Under the pieces are notes generated by a model. That model did not search any database, was not told the origin of the DNA, and was given only the letters and a program-made list of their open reading frames with translations. From assembly GCA_016748015.1 (NCBI GenBank), contig JAAOMT010000003.1:748373-812372 (forward strand): DNA of 64,000 nt, read 5' to 3'. Both the position numbers and the translations under genes were made by a program. This document shows positions 38,401 to 49,952 of the stretch, piece by piece (the stretch's first letter is position 1; each line of letters starts with the position of its first letter). This stretch comes from Geosiphon pyriformis uo1 (lineage: Eukaryota; Fungi; Glomeromycota).

Positions 38401-39479
38401 TCACGAATATGTTGAATCTTGTGATAGTTGTTAAAAAAGAGGAGGATATGCCTTACTGAACCATTAAATCCAATCAAAGTTGGACAACTCTTCAACCAAG
38501 TTGGTATTGATTTAATCGGACCACTATCTATCACCATTCAAGGAAACCGTTATATTGCAGTAGCTGTAGACTATCTTACTAAATGGCCCGAAGCCAGAAC
38601 TATTCAATGAGCAGATGCAAAATCAGTAGCAAATTTCATCTATGAAAACATTATTTGTAGACATGGATGTCCAATTAAACTTTTATCCAATTAGGGAACA
38701 CACTTTGTGAATAATCTGATACAAGAAATTTGCGAACGATTTAATGTCAAAAGACCTCTGTCTTTGCCCTACCATCCACAAACAAATAGACTTGTGGAAT
38801 GTTTTAACAGAACATTGTGTGAGTCATTAGCCAAAGTCTCAACTGATTTTGAGCAAGAATAGGATATCTTTATTCCATCAGTGTTACTAGCATATAGAAC
38901 ACTAAAACAAGATACCACAAAACACACACCATTTGATTTAACTTATAGAAGGACAGCAACATTACCAATTAGTTTTACAGTAGAAACATACCCAGCACAA
39001 CCAATTGATAAAAACAATTTCCAAAAAACACTACAACAAAGAGCCTACACTCTGCTTAGCACATTGGAAGGAAAACAATGAATAGCAACAACTTATATTA
39101 AACATTTTTAAGCTCAACAAAAAGAAAGACATGACAACAATTACCACCTATTACCAATGAATTTAAAGTTGAAAATAAAGTTCTCTTACACAAAACTAAA
39201 GCCGAAAAACAATGGAGTGGAAAATTTGAAAATAAATGAGATGGACCATTCTTTATTCATGAAATTCTAGGCAATGGATCATACAAGCTAAGACTTGATA
39301 ACAAAATCCTAGCAAAAATTGTACATGGAGATCGTTTGAAACATTATAATTCCAGAAACAATCCTGAACCATTAATTCCACAAATTGGCACACATTTTCT
39401 TTTAATCAATCCCAAAGATATTCCCCAGAATTTAGAACCAATAGTTGTCATTAAACAACCTCCCAACTTGAACACTTAA
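32411..39479 (+). pseudogene. gag-pol polyprotein, nonsense-disrupted
   Basis: gag CCHC CHYCEISGHWKRDC at about 33850; protease (LILNNRSA.., degenerate DSG) at about 34490; dUTPase; RT (SPVVLVKK, KTAFTT, MPFGLCNAPATFQR, YLDD); RNase H (TDAS, IAYASR); integrase HHCC + GIDLIGP/YHPQT + GPF. ORF fragments from 32411 to about 38430 share one frame. Confidence 0.93.
35770..36205 (+). CDS. Trimeric dUTPase domain within pol
   Basis: All five motifs: DVGYDLRY, RSSLA, GGIIDVGYTGDI, EKIAQAI, DRETQGFGSTG. Confidence 0.93.
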
Positions 39480-39601
39480 ATTAAATTTATTATTATAATT
39501 ATCTTCTTATAATTTAGAAACAATTTCACAAAAACAAAGCAAAAATAACATAAAAACCCATACACCAAAAATAATTTTCTTTTATTTTCAAATCTTTTAT
39601 A

Positions 39602-40321
39602 ATGTCTATTTCTTAAAACATTCAACAATTATCCCAAAAACTAATGTTAGCTTTAAAAACAATACCCAAATTATTTATTACTGTTACTGGAAACCACATT
39701 AATTATACCCAAACAAAAGTAGTCACAAATTTAGCCCCAAATTCACGAAAATATTACTCATATAAGAAGAACACAAGAAGTTATTCTGGAATTCACCTGC
39801 CAAAACTTTTAAAGCTTGCTTTAAGAGAAAACTTAATATTCATTCCTATTAGTATTCCACTAAATGCTACTATTCAACAAAAACTTCAACTGTGTCTTAA
39901 TGAAGAAAACTATGACTATACTTCAATATATAGATATTTCTACATTAGAAAAACACTTCATGAATGAAAACGGGAGCTTACAGCAGCAAACCTCACAAAA
40001 GAAGCTATTTAGAAACAACTCCACAATAAATTCAAGACAACAGCTGAACCTACAAACAGTCATTATAAACTAAGAGCTGCTCTTAGACTTTATGACCTAT
40101 TCCATACCTGTAAAAATGTCTTACAAAACCCAATTTTACAACCTTTGAAGATTCAATATATTGGAAAGCTCACAGAACTGAAATTTCAACAATTTTCAGA
40201 CCAAATTTCTTCAATAATTTTGGATTATTATCTAAAAATTACAGACAGTACTTGAACTTTGATGGAGCTTAGTCTTAAGGAGGAGGTTATATTACCAGAC
40301 AAAATTAGAGATATTATTTAG
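39602..40321 (+). pseudogene. Additional ORF3 downstream of integrase, unknown function
   Basis: ATG at 39602 opens about 240 codons in one frame with only 4 internal stops (TAA, TGA, TAG, TGA), each one transition from a sense codon. Confidence 0.65.
40277..40286 (+). promoter_or_regulatory. Polypurine tract AAGGAGGAGG
   Basis: Purine run 3 nt upstream of the 3' LTR. Confidence 0.85.
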
Positions 40322-41277
40322 CATGAAATTATTGTTATAATTCCCATCATTAATTAACATATATTAATGTTTCAAATTATTACTTATTACATTAGCAAAA
40401 TATCCGAAATTATTATATTATTAATAACCCAATTTGTATATGACACAAATGTAACCTAATTGCAATGATCAATCATGCAATACCCCAAACTATGTAACAT
40501 TTAAAAAGTTTGCTGAAATTTGTAGAAATTTGCCGAAATAATTGATAGTTTACTGAAATATTTAATAGTTTACAGAAATAACTTGTAGTTTGCTGAAATG
40601 TATATTTAATTCAGCGAAATTGTAGAAAATAGCAAAGTTCGAGTTCATAAAATAGTGTTACAACAAGTTGTATAAAAGAAAAGTGTCTCTCTTCGAGAAA
40701 ATGTATCTTACTTCAGATTTAACAATTAGAATCATCTTTTATACACAAAAGACAAAAATAAATATCAAATAATTCGAAAAGCCAAATTCTTAAATTATTT
40801 CTCTTAAAATTAACCAATTCCTACTAACAGTTTGAAATTGACTAGCTACCAATTTCAGTAAACTGTTAAAGCACTTCCAGGCCTAGATCCAAAATAACTT
40901 CCATAAATTATCAGTTTTACTTTTTCTTTTATATTTCTTTTATTCTTTTTCTTTTCTTATTATAAATCATTTGGGTAGCCTACAGATGAGAATTTCTGTA
41001 AAAGAGTTGACTTTTACAGCAAAGTAACTATACATTTTTAGTAAGCTTCCAGATGAGCAATTCCTGGGAAAGAGTTGACATTTACTACAACATAACTATA
41101 TAAAGTAACTGGCACGGAATTGGCCATTCCACTTATAAGCCCAGCAGTTCAAATTATAGGAGATAATTTAAAGATAAATTCAGTTACTGGAGGTTCAATC
41201 ACATCCAGAAAACGTGAATTCACAGCAAACAGACATCAACAACATCTAAAAAAAGAGATCAAAAACCTCCGGTAACA
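40290..41277 (+). repeat. 3' LTR
   Basis: Starts TATTACCAGA (TG>TA) and ends CCGGTAACA; direct repeat of 31380-32365. Confidence 0.97.
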
Positions 41278-42755
41278 ATGAGTTGCCACTTTGCTGGCTC
41301 CTGTTCCTATTTTATGAAAGCTTTATATCATAAACTGCCTGTTGCTGTTCGCAAATGCCTCTATGATAAATGTTATCCCAGTGTGATATGCCTGTATTGT
41401 GGCAATGTTGAAGTGTTAGACCATGTTTTCTTTTGTGTATTTAATGCAACTGCTTGGCTTTAGTTGTTCATTTATTTTGCTTCTGCTTGGAGAGTTGTTT
41501 CTGGTTTATCTCATGCCTCCTCTCATGTATCTTAAATATTGTCTAATTTTTTGATTGATTTAGGTCTGGTTGCTTTACTGTGCAAAGGTTTTGTGTTTGT
41601 GGATTGGTACTAGGAGGTCGCTTTCTGTTTTGATAATTCTAAAACTGCATCTGATAAGATGGTTGAATTTGTTTGTGGTTTGTGCTTGTCTTTTAGAAAT
41701 AATATTTAGCTGGTCTGCTCCAAACATTGAGCTTTTATGAAAAAACACGGTCTGATCCCTCATGATAGTTCAATCTCTGTCTCTGTGTCTGGTGGTGTGT
41801 TGACACTTTCAGTCCATGTGATTAGGTTGCTTGGTATTGACAATGTGTTTGATGTTAGTTTTGGATTGCGCAATTTCTATTGGTTTTTTTCAGATATAGG
41901 TAATTTGGTTTCTGTGTACGTGGGTGTATAGTGTAGTTCTGGTTGGCTTGAGTGGCTAGTCACATGTAGAAAAAGCATGATTCATACCTAGTTTAGATCA
42001 TTATTTTGATGTATTGTCACTAGACAGTATTTGGACTTTGCTCATTAAAAGAAATAAAAAAAAATATATAGATATTTGGAGATTGTTTTATCAATAAAAA
42101 GTTTGTTTATTTTAAGTTTAAAAAAAGTTAATTTTAATATAAAATCTTTTACATTAATAATTCTATAGAAAACTATTTTTAATAAACAGTTTTTATATTT
42201 AGTTTTTGTTATATTGTATTCTATTATAAATTACAAAACTTAGTTTAATTTTGTTAATAAAAATTTGTGTAAAAAATAAGATTAAATAATTAGAAAAAAC
42301 TTAAAATTTAAAATTAGTTTGTTTAAAAATTTTTTAAGTAAAGTAGTATATTATTTTTTTTTACAATCTGAAATCTTTTAACCAAGTTTAAATTAAAAGT
42401 ATAATTATTTTTATTATCAATTTTGCTAATATAATTAACATTCTGAATTGGCTTTTTAAGTACAGAATAATAAATTTATAAGTTATTACTTAAATATTAT
42501 AAAATTTATTTTAGTTTTTTATTAAATTAAAAATTAATTTTTTGACCAATTTTTTGGCTAATATATTTAAAAAATTTTTAAGTTATAAGATATTGCTTAC
42601 TATTTGTGTTTTAAATATTTTTAAGTACAAATAAAATACTTTTGTTTTAAACAATTATAATATGTATTTTTCTTAAAAAAATTTTTAGTATTGAAAACAT
42701 TTGAATTTCAAAGATTAATTTCTTTTTAATTTTTAATTTTGTGGTTTTTAAAAGC

Positions 42756-43598
42756 TGTTACAGTTCAAGAATTTAATAGGAATTATAAATAATATAAATT
42801 AGCTAATCATGAAATAGCATAGCAATAATTTATAAAAAGAAAAAAAAATGATTTACAAATAATAGCAAGCACTACTATGCAATAGCAGCAAGTACTATTT
42901 TTCAATAGCAGCAAGTATTATCATACAAAGCAGCAAACAATATTTCACAATAGCAGCAAGCATTATTTAGAAATAATGGAAATAAAGTATTACAAGATGT
43001 TATTTTGTAAAACAATAATTATATATATATACAATAGTTTTTAATAATGAAAAATCAAACAGCTTTAACTCAAAGCAACAAATATCTAAATAAAATCTTA
43101 TTCAAAAAGAATTAATAAAAATAATAAATTGAATTAACATTACAATTACGAGATTAACAATAGAATTTACATACTCTCTTTAGCAAATGAAACTATCATT
43201 TCATCTTTAAACTCTTTGAAAGAATAATTCCTGATCAAGATTATTCATGTGGTTATTAATTAAATTAAAAAAGCTTTATTATATACTTAGAAAAATCGTA
43301 AAAAAACCATTAATATTATATGTTTTTAAATTAGAGAAACACATCAAGCAATTGCAAAGATAGCTTCAAAGAAAACCCTAGACAATGAGTAGATTTCAGA
43401 TTAGCCTCTAGAAAGAAGTACACAACATATAAAGACAACTAGAATTAAAGAGAAGACTTATATCATAACATCAAGAAAAAATCTTCAGTATATTATTATT
43501 AATATTTTAACACATAAAATCAAAGAACTTACAAGACTGATTACAATTAAAACAGGATATCAACAATTAAAATATACCAAAAAAACCTTCTTGTAATA
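42756..43598. mobile_element. Solo LTR, family 3
   Basis: TGTTACA...TGTAATA termini, 4-bp TSD AAGC (42752-42755 / 43599-43602), internal about 21-bp tandem repeats; the host LINE resumes on both sides. Confidence 0.8.
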
Positions 43599-45266
43599 AA
43601 GCCTAAGCCTTAGTTTTTTCATATTATTTTTGAATTTTTTTGGAATAAGTATATTAAAAATATTTAATTTTTGTAAAATTAGATCTGCTTTAAAAAAAAT
43701 AATTTGTTTGCTATTACTATTTTTACAGATAGTTTGATTAAAAATATTGGTATACTTTTTATTGTTAATAGTATTACAGCATATTTTTTTAATCTAAATA
43801 AAAAAGTAAAAATAAAAATTAATAATATTTTTTTTTAATTTTAGCTAAATTAAAAGCAATTGTCTTGGCTTTTAAGTATGTTTTTATTTTTTCCAATATT
43901 ATAATTTGTTTAAATAATTAGATAGTTTTGAATACTTGCAAATTTAAGTTAAGTTTAATAAAACCTGATTTTTGGAATAGTTGTTAAATAGAATATTATT
44001 ATATTTTCAATAAAAAATTGCTGTTAATTAAATAAAAGTTAAATAATATTTTAATATCTTAAATAATAAGTGTATTGACAGTTTAATTAATTAAGTTTTT
44101 TGTTTAGATTTGGTACTTTTTATTAATATATCAAAAAATTTTATAATAATTAATAAAAAAGCTATATTAAGCAATATTTAGTAAATGAATTTGTTCAAAA
44201 AATTTTATAAAAAATTGGTCCAAATATTGAATTGATTAACTATTTTTATATAAAAAATATTAATTAAAAAACTATTGTTTTGGTTTAATAACTTGATTTG
44301 TATATAATTGCTAACTATACTAGTAAGTTTTTAACTAGTTTGTAAACTTGTATTATAAAAATTTTATATTAGAAGTTTGCAGTAATAATTAAAAAGAAGT
44401 TTTATAACAGATTTTATTCTAGTGTTTTTTGTATATATTATAATAAAATTGAATTTTCTAATTATAAATTTATTTGTAAAACAGATTTTTTTTACTTATT
44501 ATAAGCTTTTAATTATTTATTTAAAATTCTAAAATTTTTTGATTAATGTTTATTTGTTTTCTTTAAATATTTTTTAGAATCTGTTTTTAAATATTTTAAA
44601 TATTGATTTGTATTTTGTTATATATAAAAGTTTTGTATTTAAGTTATAGTTTAATAAAACTAAGTTGGTTTTTGGGTGTATTAAGCTAGTTATTTTCAGT
44701 ATAATCAGTTTTGTATAAGATCTAATTATTGATTACAGAAAATAAATTTAGATATTTAATATAAAATTTAAAATAGATATAAAAAAAGTAAATTTTGTTT
44801 ATTAAAAATTCAGTTCTAATTAATATTTGAAAGCTTTTTAATTATTTATCAAAAAAATAGTTTTTTTGTTTAGTATAAAAAAAGATTTTGTGATTTGTTT
44901 TGAACACAGAATTTGATATATGTTTTTTACTAATGTGAATAAAATAATAAATATTATTATAACTATATAGTATTGTTTAAATTAACTGAATAGCTAATTA
45001 TATATAAAAAATGCATAAATTATGTCAAATTTTAAATTTAAAGTAATTATATTGTATTAAATAGTAATTTGATTATACTTATTAAATAAATAAATTTTAA
45101 TTATTAATTTTATATATATAAAAATTATATTTTTTTTTATTTAACCCATTTAATGAGTGCAGCTTAATCACTATCTAGTACATAGAACCAAACTAAGAGA
45201 CTCAAACTAAACGCGACTCACGCACTTTCTACATGTGGCTAGCCACTCAGGCCAGCCAAGGCAACA

Positions 45267-48200
45267 CTACACATCTATAACTACCCACACACTGTCACTC
45301 AGACCAGAAAAGAAACAATAAGGCTTCCGACGACCAAAGCTAACAGCAAAAGAATTGGCCAAACCAAGCAATCTCACAACACTGTCAGAAAAAACCGAAG
45401 ACACACCACAAGGAAGCCCAGAAACAATACCAACATTACAGACCAGACCAGTCTTCTCCATCACCACCTGGTGGCTGGCTCTAGCTAACCATACTTTAGC
45501 ACAATGTAATCCAACAACGAACCTGACATAATCAACAATCCGAGCAATGACCACCTTTCTATCCTCAAAAACATCGCAAGCTTCCTCATACCACTCCTCC
45601 AGCACAAACCCTTTGCACACCAAAGTGTACAGCCCAATATCAATGGAACATTGAGACAAAACCTGCAACACAGCAGAAGCAGGGGAACCACCAGCCAAAG
45701 CTGACCAACAGGCAGAAGCCTCCGCCAAAATCTCATCACGAATGCCAAACTCATGAACACAAGTAAAAACGTGGTCAGAGAACTCCACCTCACCACAAAA
45801 CAAACACAACACACTAGGGTAGCACTTATTATACAACCTCTTCCTTACTGCCACCAGCAACCTCCTGTGTACAGCCTTCATGACATAAGTGCGAAGTGTT
45901 AAGGATGCGCAGCTAGTGAACTCAGCAAGCATATGAGAATCAGGATGCCACACCTTTGCCGTGACAACCCAGTCTATGCAACCAATCATCGCATCCGGAA
46001 CTACATCACAACCAGGCCCAGCTTCCCAACGAGCACAACAAATTGATCGAAAAATATTCCTGACAAAATGACGGGCATTACCAAAAACAGCAACACCCTC
46101 AGCAACCAAAAAATGTTCACACACATTGGCACAAAAGGAAAAGAGAGACCCAGAGGCAGCCCCAGCAGCCAAGTCAGCTCTCACATTACCAGGAATCCCA
46201 GAGTGTCCTTTCATCTTAACCCAACTCACACTGAGATCTTTATCCCTGACCAAATTGAAAATATGACGCCTTTTCAGCCAGTATTGATTACGGAAATCAG
46301 GGGCAACCAAAAACATCTTAGACACACAAGCATCAATGGCAGCCTGGCTGTCAAGACATAACACCACATTACTTGAAAAAGGAACACACTCCAAAGCCAA
46401 AGCGACAGCCTGTAACTCGGCCATAGTAGATGACAAAAGACCACGAACAGTGACACCAATGCTCTTATCCAAGACCGGAAAGTATGCAGCAGCACCACAG
46501 GTGACCTCAGCAGAGTCTGCATTCCTCAAAGACCCATCCGTGAAAACTTCAAAAAAGCCTGACCAAATGTCATGCAATCCATCTTTAACTGCAGAAAATT
46601 CCCCAGACCCCAAAATGTCCAAACCAGGCTTTTCCACAAAGCCAACAGAACCAGAAAATAAGTAACCCTGACCTTTCAAAAACTCAGAAGAAACCACGAA
46701 CCAGTGAGGCACAGGGCCACGCGGATCCAACCTCTTCCAATGACGAAAAGTTTTCTAATCTAACAAAACACCTTTCTTATCAAAAAGCCAATCACCAAAA
46801 GCAACACCAAAACGTTTAAGAGATTTGACCGAATCAAAATACAGAGACTTTCCAAGAACAAAGGACAACAGAAACTGACCAGGACTACAAAATGCAGTGG
46901 GGAGGTTGTTTACTAAAGTAAGCTCATTGCCCAAAAAGATCTTCACCATCCCAGCCAAAAAATTGTTTACTGGACTAACACGCAACCTGACTGGAAACTA
47001 CAAAGAATCCAAAGGAGCCCAACCAAGAATCTGTAGATCCAAAAACCTATGTCTAAACAAATGCCCAAGAATGCCAAAGGCATTAGAGAACACCATCAAA
47101 GCAGCAACCTTCCCTTCTGACTGCACCTGCTCAAAAGGCTTTAGACCATACAATGAGGGGTGATGCAAAGCAGCGTCAAGAAAATCACGGGGGAGACAAG
47201 CCTTGAACCTAAGACCCTTTCTAACCAAGGCATCCCACTTGCGACAAACATTAGATGAGACAAAACTGAACTGAGTGTGATAGCTAACAATAGGCTGCAA
47301 AACAGCCGACACTAGATAGGAGAATTGTTTGTCTGTAATAGCCTTCCTAAGCACAACATTGACGAAGAAACGTACATTCACATGAGCCTTGGCAACACTC
47401 AGCTTGGAGAGCCCTTCAGTTGACAGAAAAATACTCAGATACCGATGTGCTTCCCCTTTCTTGGCAATAGAAATTGGCTGACCACAAATGTTCAGTAAAG
47501 CAACTTTAACGCTCTGATTAATGGGAATAGCTACCGTCTTCTTACTATTGATAGAAATATCATTGATCACAAAAAATTCACTGGCAATGTTCAGAGCATA
47601 TTGAGTAGAAGCCTGACAATTTCCAACCCAAATCGTATCATTGACAAATGCACCAGCCGAAAAATACAATGTTAAACCACCACTGCCCTCAATTCTGCTA
47701 GATTTTGAAACAAACTTAGTATCAATCTGGTACCCACACAATTGTTCATGCCTTTTAACCTCACACAAAAGTGGATCGTAAAAGATTCTCCAAAGAAGTG
47801 GCAAAAAGATCTCACCCTGGTCCAGCCCATCATGTACCTTATAACCACCAGACAAACCAAAGTTAGTCATCACCCTATTAACTCTATCCTCATGAATACC
47901 ACCAAAAAACCTTATGAACCTCTTACACATCTTGATACACTGCAAACTAGCTCTTAAATGATGCCACCCAACTGAATTGTAAGCTTTCCGCATATCTTGC
48001 AAGACCAACCATAACTCTCTATCCTTCTCAATGGCATCCTCAATTACTGAACTGACAGCAAACACCAGAGATTGTGTTGACGTACCCTTCAGCACCGAAA
48101 AGTTGTCACCCTGAAGAACATTGAACTTGCTACAAGCCATTGAAATACGGTCAGACAGAATCTTGGAAAGAATCTTCCTGGCAGTCTCAATTAAAGCAAT

Positions 48201-49952
48201 GGGCCGAGTGTTTGTAAGAACTCCATCCCAGTCATAAGGCTTAGGAATCATTGACATCCAAGCCCTTTTCCACAAAACAGGCACCACACCACTAGACAAA
48301 CATTTATTAAACAGCACCAACAGGCACTCCAAAATCACCTCACCACCATGTTTCCATAACTTATTAGGAACACCAGACAACCCAGCAGTCTTGCCATCAG
48401 GAAGACCACCAACAACAGAAAGTAACTCGCCCATGCTGATTGCACTCATAACACCTGAAAAAGCATCATCCTGAACATAGTCCAAAGGCGCGTACTGACG
48501 AGCCCAAAGATCAGGAAGCACTGACTGCACAGAGCGTTTCCTCGTCCACCCTTCCATTATTCCATCCACACTGGACTTCACCTCATCAGGCAACAAAACC
48601 AGATCATCATCAACTACCAAGTGATCCAACACAATTTTGCGAAAAGGCTTTTCCAACACACTTCTGATCATACTACCCTTATCCGAACAGAAATTATCCA
48701 TGCGCTTTTCAATCGCCTTCCTAACCGAAGCTTCCTCAGCCAACCTTGACTCAAACATTTTCAACCTCCTGTAATCTCTGCGAACCAATAACAAATGTCT
48801 AACAACAACATCAGATTTAACACCCAAGCCAACCAAATCCTTGAAAGCACGAGCTTTCACGTCATCCAGAGTCAACCATTTACTCACAAGACGATCAGTG
48901 CCCAGCAAGTCACCAGAGCAAAATTTCTTGACAATCTTGGCCACCAACAATTTCAGACCAAAAAACCTAGAAGAATGCTTGTTTCTCAAACACTTGAATT
49001 CACTAAACCAATGCCTCGAAAATGTCACATCAGCAGAATCCACCACAGCTCCCACCAGAACTGCTCACATAGCATTCACATTACCACATATTTTGGCACC
49101 AGAGAACACCTCACCCAAAGACAAAAGTTTAGCTGACGAAAGATCCTTAAACTTAGCCCATCCAACACAGTCAGCATTCCTGATTTTGAACTTCCAACAA
49201 TCCTTATTCGCCTGCTTGCGCAAACTGTTCAATTGTACATTTAGAAACTCACCCAAACTGACTGAAACCACAACTGCCTTGTGATTGGTGTCAAAAAAAT
49301 CCAAAACAGAGACAACTTGATGACCAGCAACAGCAGAAGACAAATTACCACCAACAAAAATGTAATCAATTGTTTTCCCAACCCCTTTCGAATTGCTCCA
49401 CGTATAAGAATTAGCCAAATGATAACCAACAAATGAATTAACCAAACCCAAACTCAAACAAAACTTGAAACTAGCACTTCTACCAGATCCATTCTCATTA
49501 AAGTCCCCACCCAAGACAACAAAATTGCTGGAGTTGACTGTCTTTGCAATGAGAGAGTTAACTTCAGAAGCCTGACCAAATCTAGCCCCAGAGGAGACAC
49601 CAGCATACAACCCCAAAACAGTAACTGAGAGCTTGCCCTTAAACAGGAGCCGAACAGAAATAACCCGACCAGAAATCTCTTCCACCTTAGATACATGATG
49701 GGCCAAAGAAGTGTTCATAACAATCACAACCTCAGCACCCATGAAACCCTTATCCAAGCCAGAAGAAAATATTCGCACTCCATTAAATTTATCCTTTATC
49801 CACGGCCCAGAAGAGAACCTCAACTTAATCTCAGTGATAAAAGAAATCATATTTCCCGAGCTCACATGCCAATAAATAACATCTGCTTGCTTCGCAAGAA
49901 CATTGATACCCTGAACGTTGCACGTAGCAAATTTCCAAACCAAACTACTCAT
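45267..49952 (-). pseudogene. LINE ORF2 (APE-RT-RNase H-Zn finger), 3 nonsense mutations
   Basis: ORFs 49065-49952, 46998-49055, 46755-46985 and 45267-46730 are in one frame (4686 nt). RT catalytic FVDD has become FVND. Confidence 0.93.

Larger units (their letters stand above)
31380..41277 (+). mobile_element. Complete Ty3/Gypsy LTR retrotransposon family 1, copy B (9.9 kb), dUTPase-encoding
   Basis: Paired about 987-bp LTRs, PBS, PPT and 4-bp TSD ATGA (31376-31379 / 41278-41281). Domain order gag-PR-dUTPase-RT-RH-IN. Confidence 0.97.
25461..42064 (+). mobile_element. Full-length LINE copy D (different ORF1 N-terminus), interrupted by the Gypsy element at 31380-41277
   Basis: ORF1 about 25537-27365; ORF2 about 27362-31379 plus 41282-41931; 3'UTR and poly(A) to 42064. 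TSD TATATAGATA at 18497-18506 and 42065-42074. Confidence 0.9.
11151..45095 (+). mobile_element. Ancient, extremely AT-rich full-length LINE ('ghost' host, about 6-6.5 kb of its own sequence) split by nested insertions
   Basis: Colinear residual motifs: ORF1 start about 11270; IKMQLIGLW-like about 12235; endonuclease about 15050-15500; ELWLVLQDMRKAY-like about 17945; RT FIDD about 18297; RYLG/KQFSYLV-like 42070-42260; RNase H FTDS about 43720 and LAELKAI about 43840; decayed 3'UTR about 44990-45095. Segments rejoin across the TSDs. Confidence 0.8.

Noticed and set aside
39170-39479. Chromodomain at the integrase C-terminus
   Set aside because: Only a GPY/F-SH3-like segment is visible; no chromodomain aromatic pattern.
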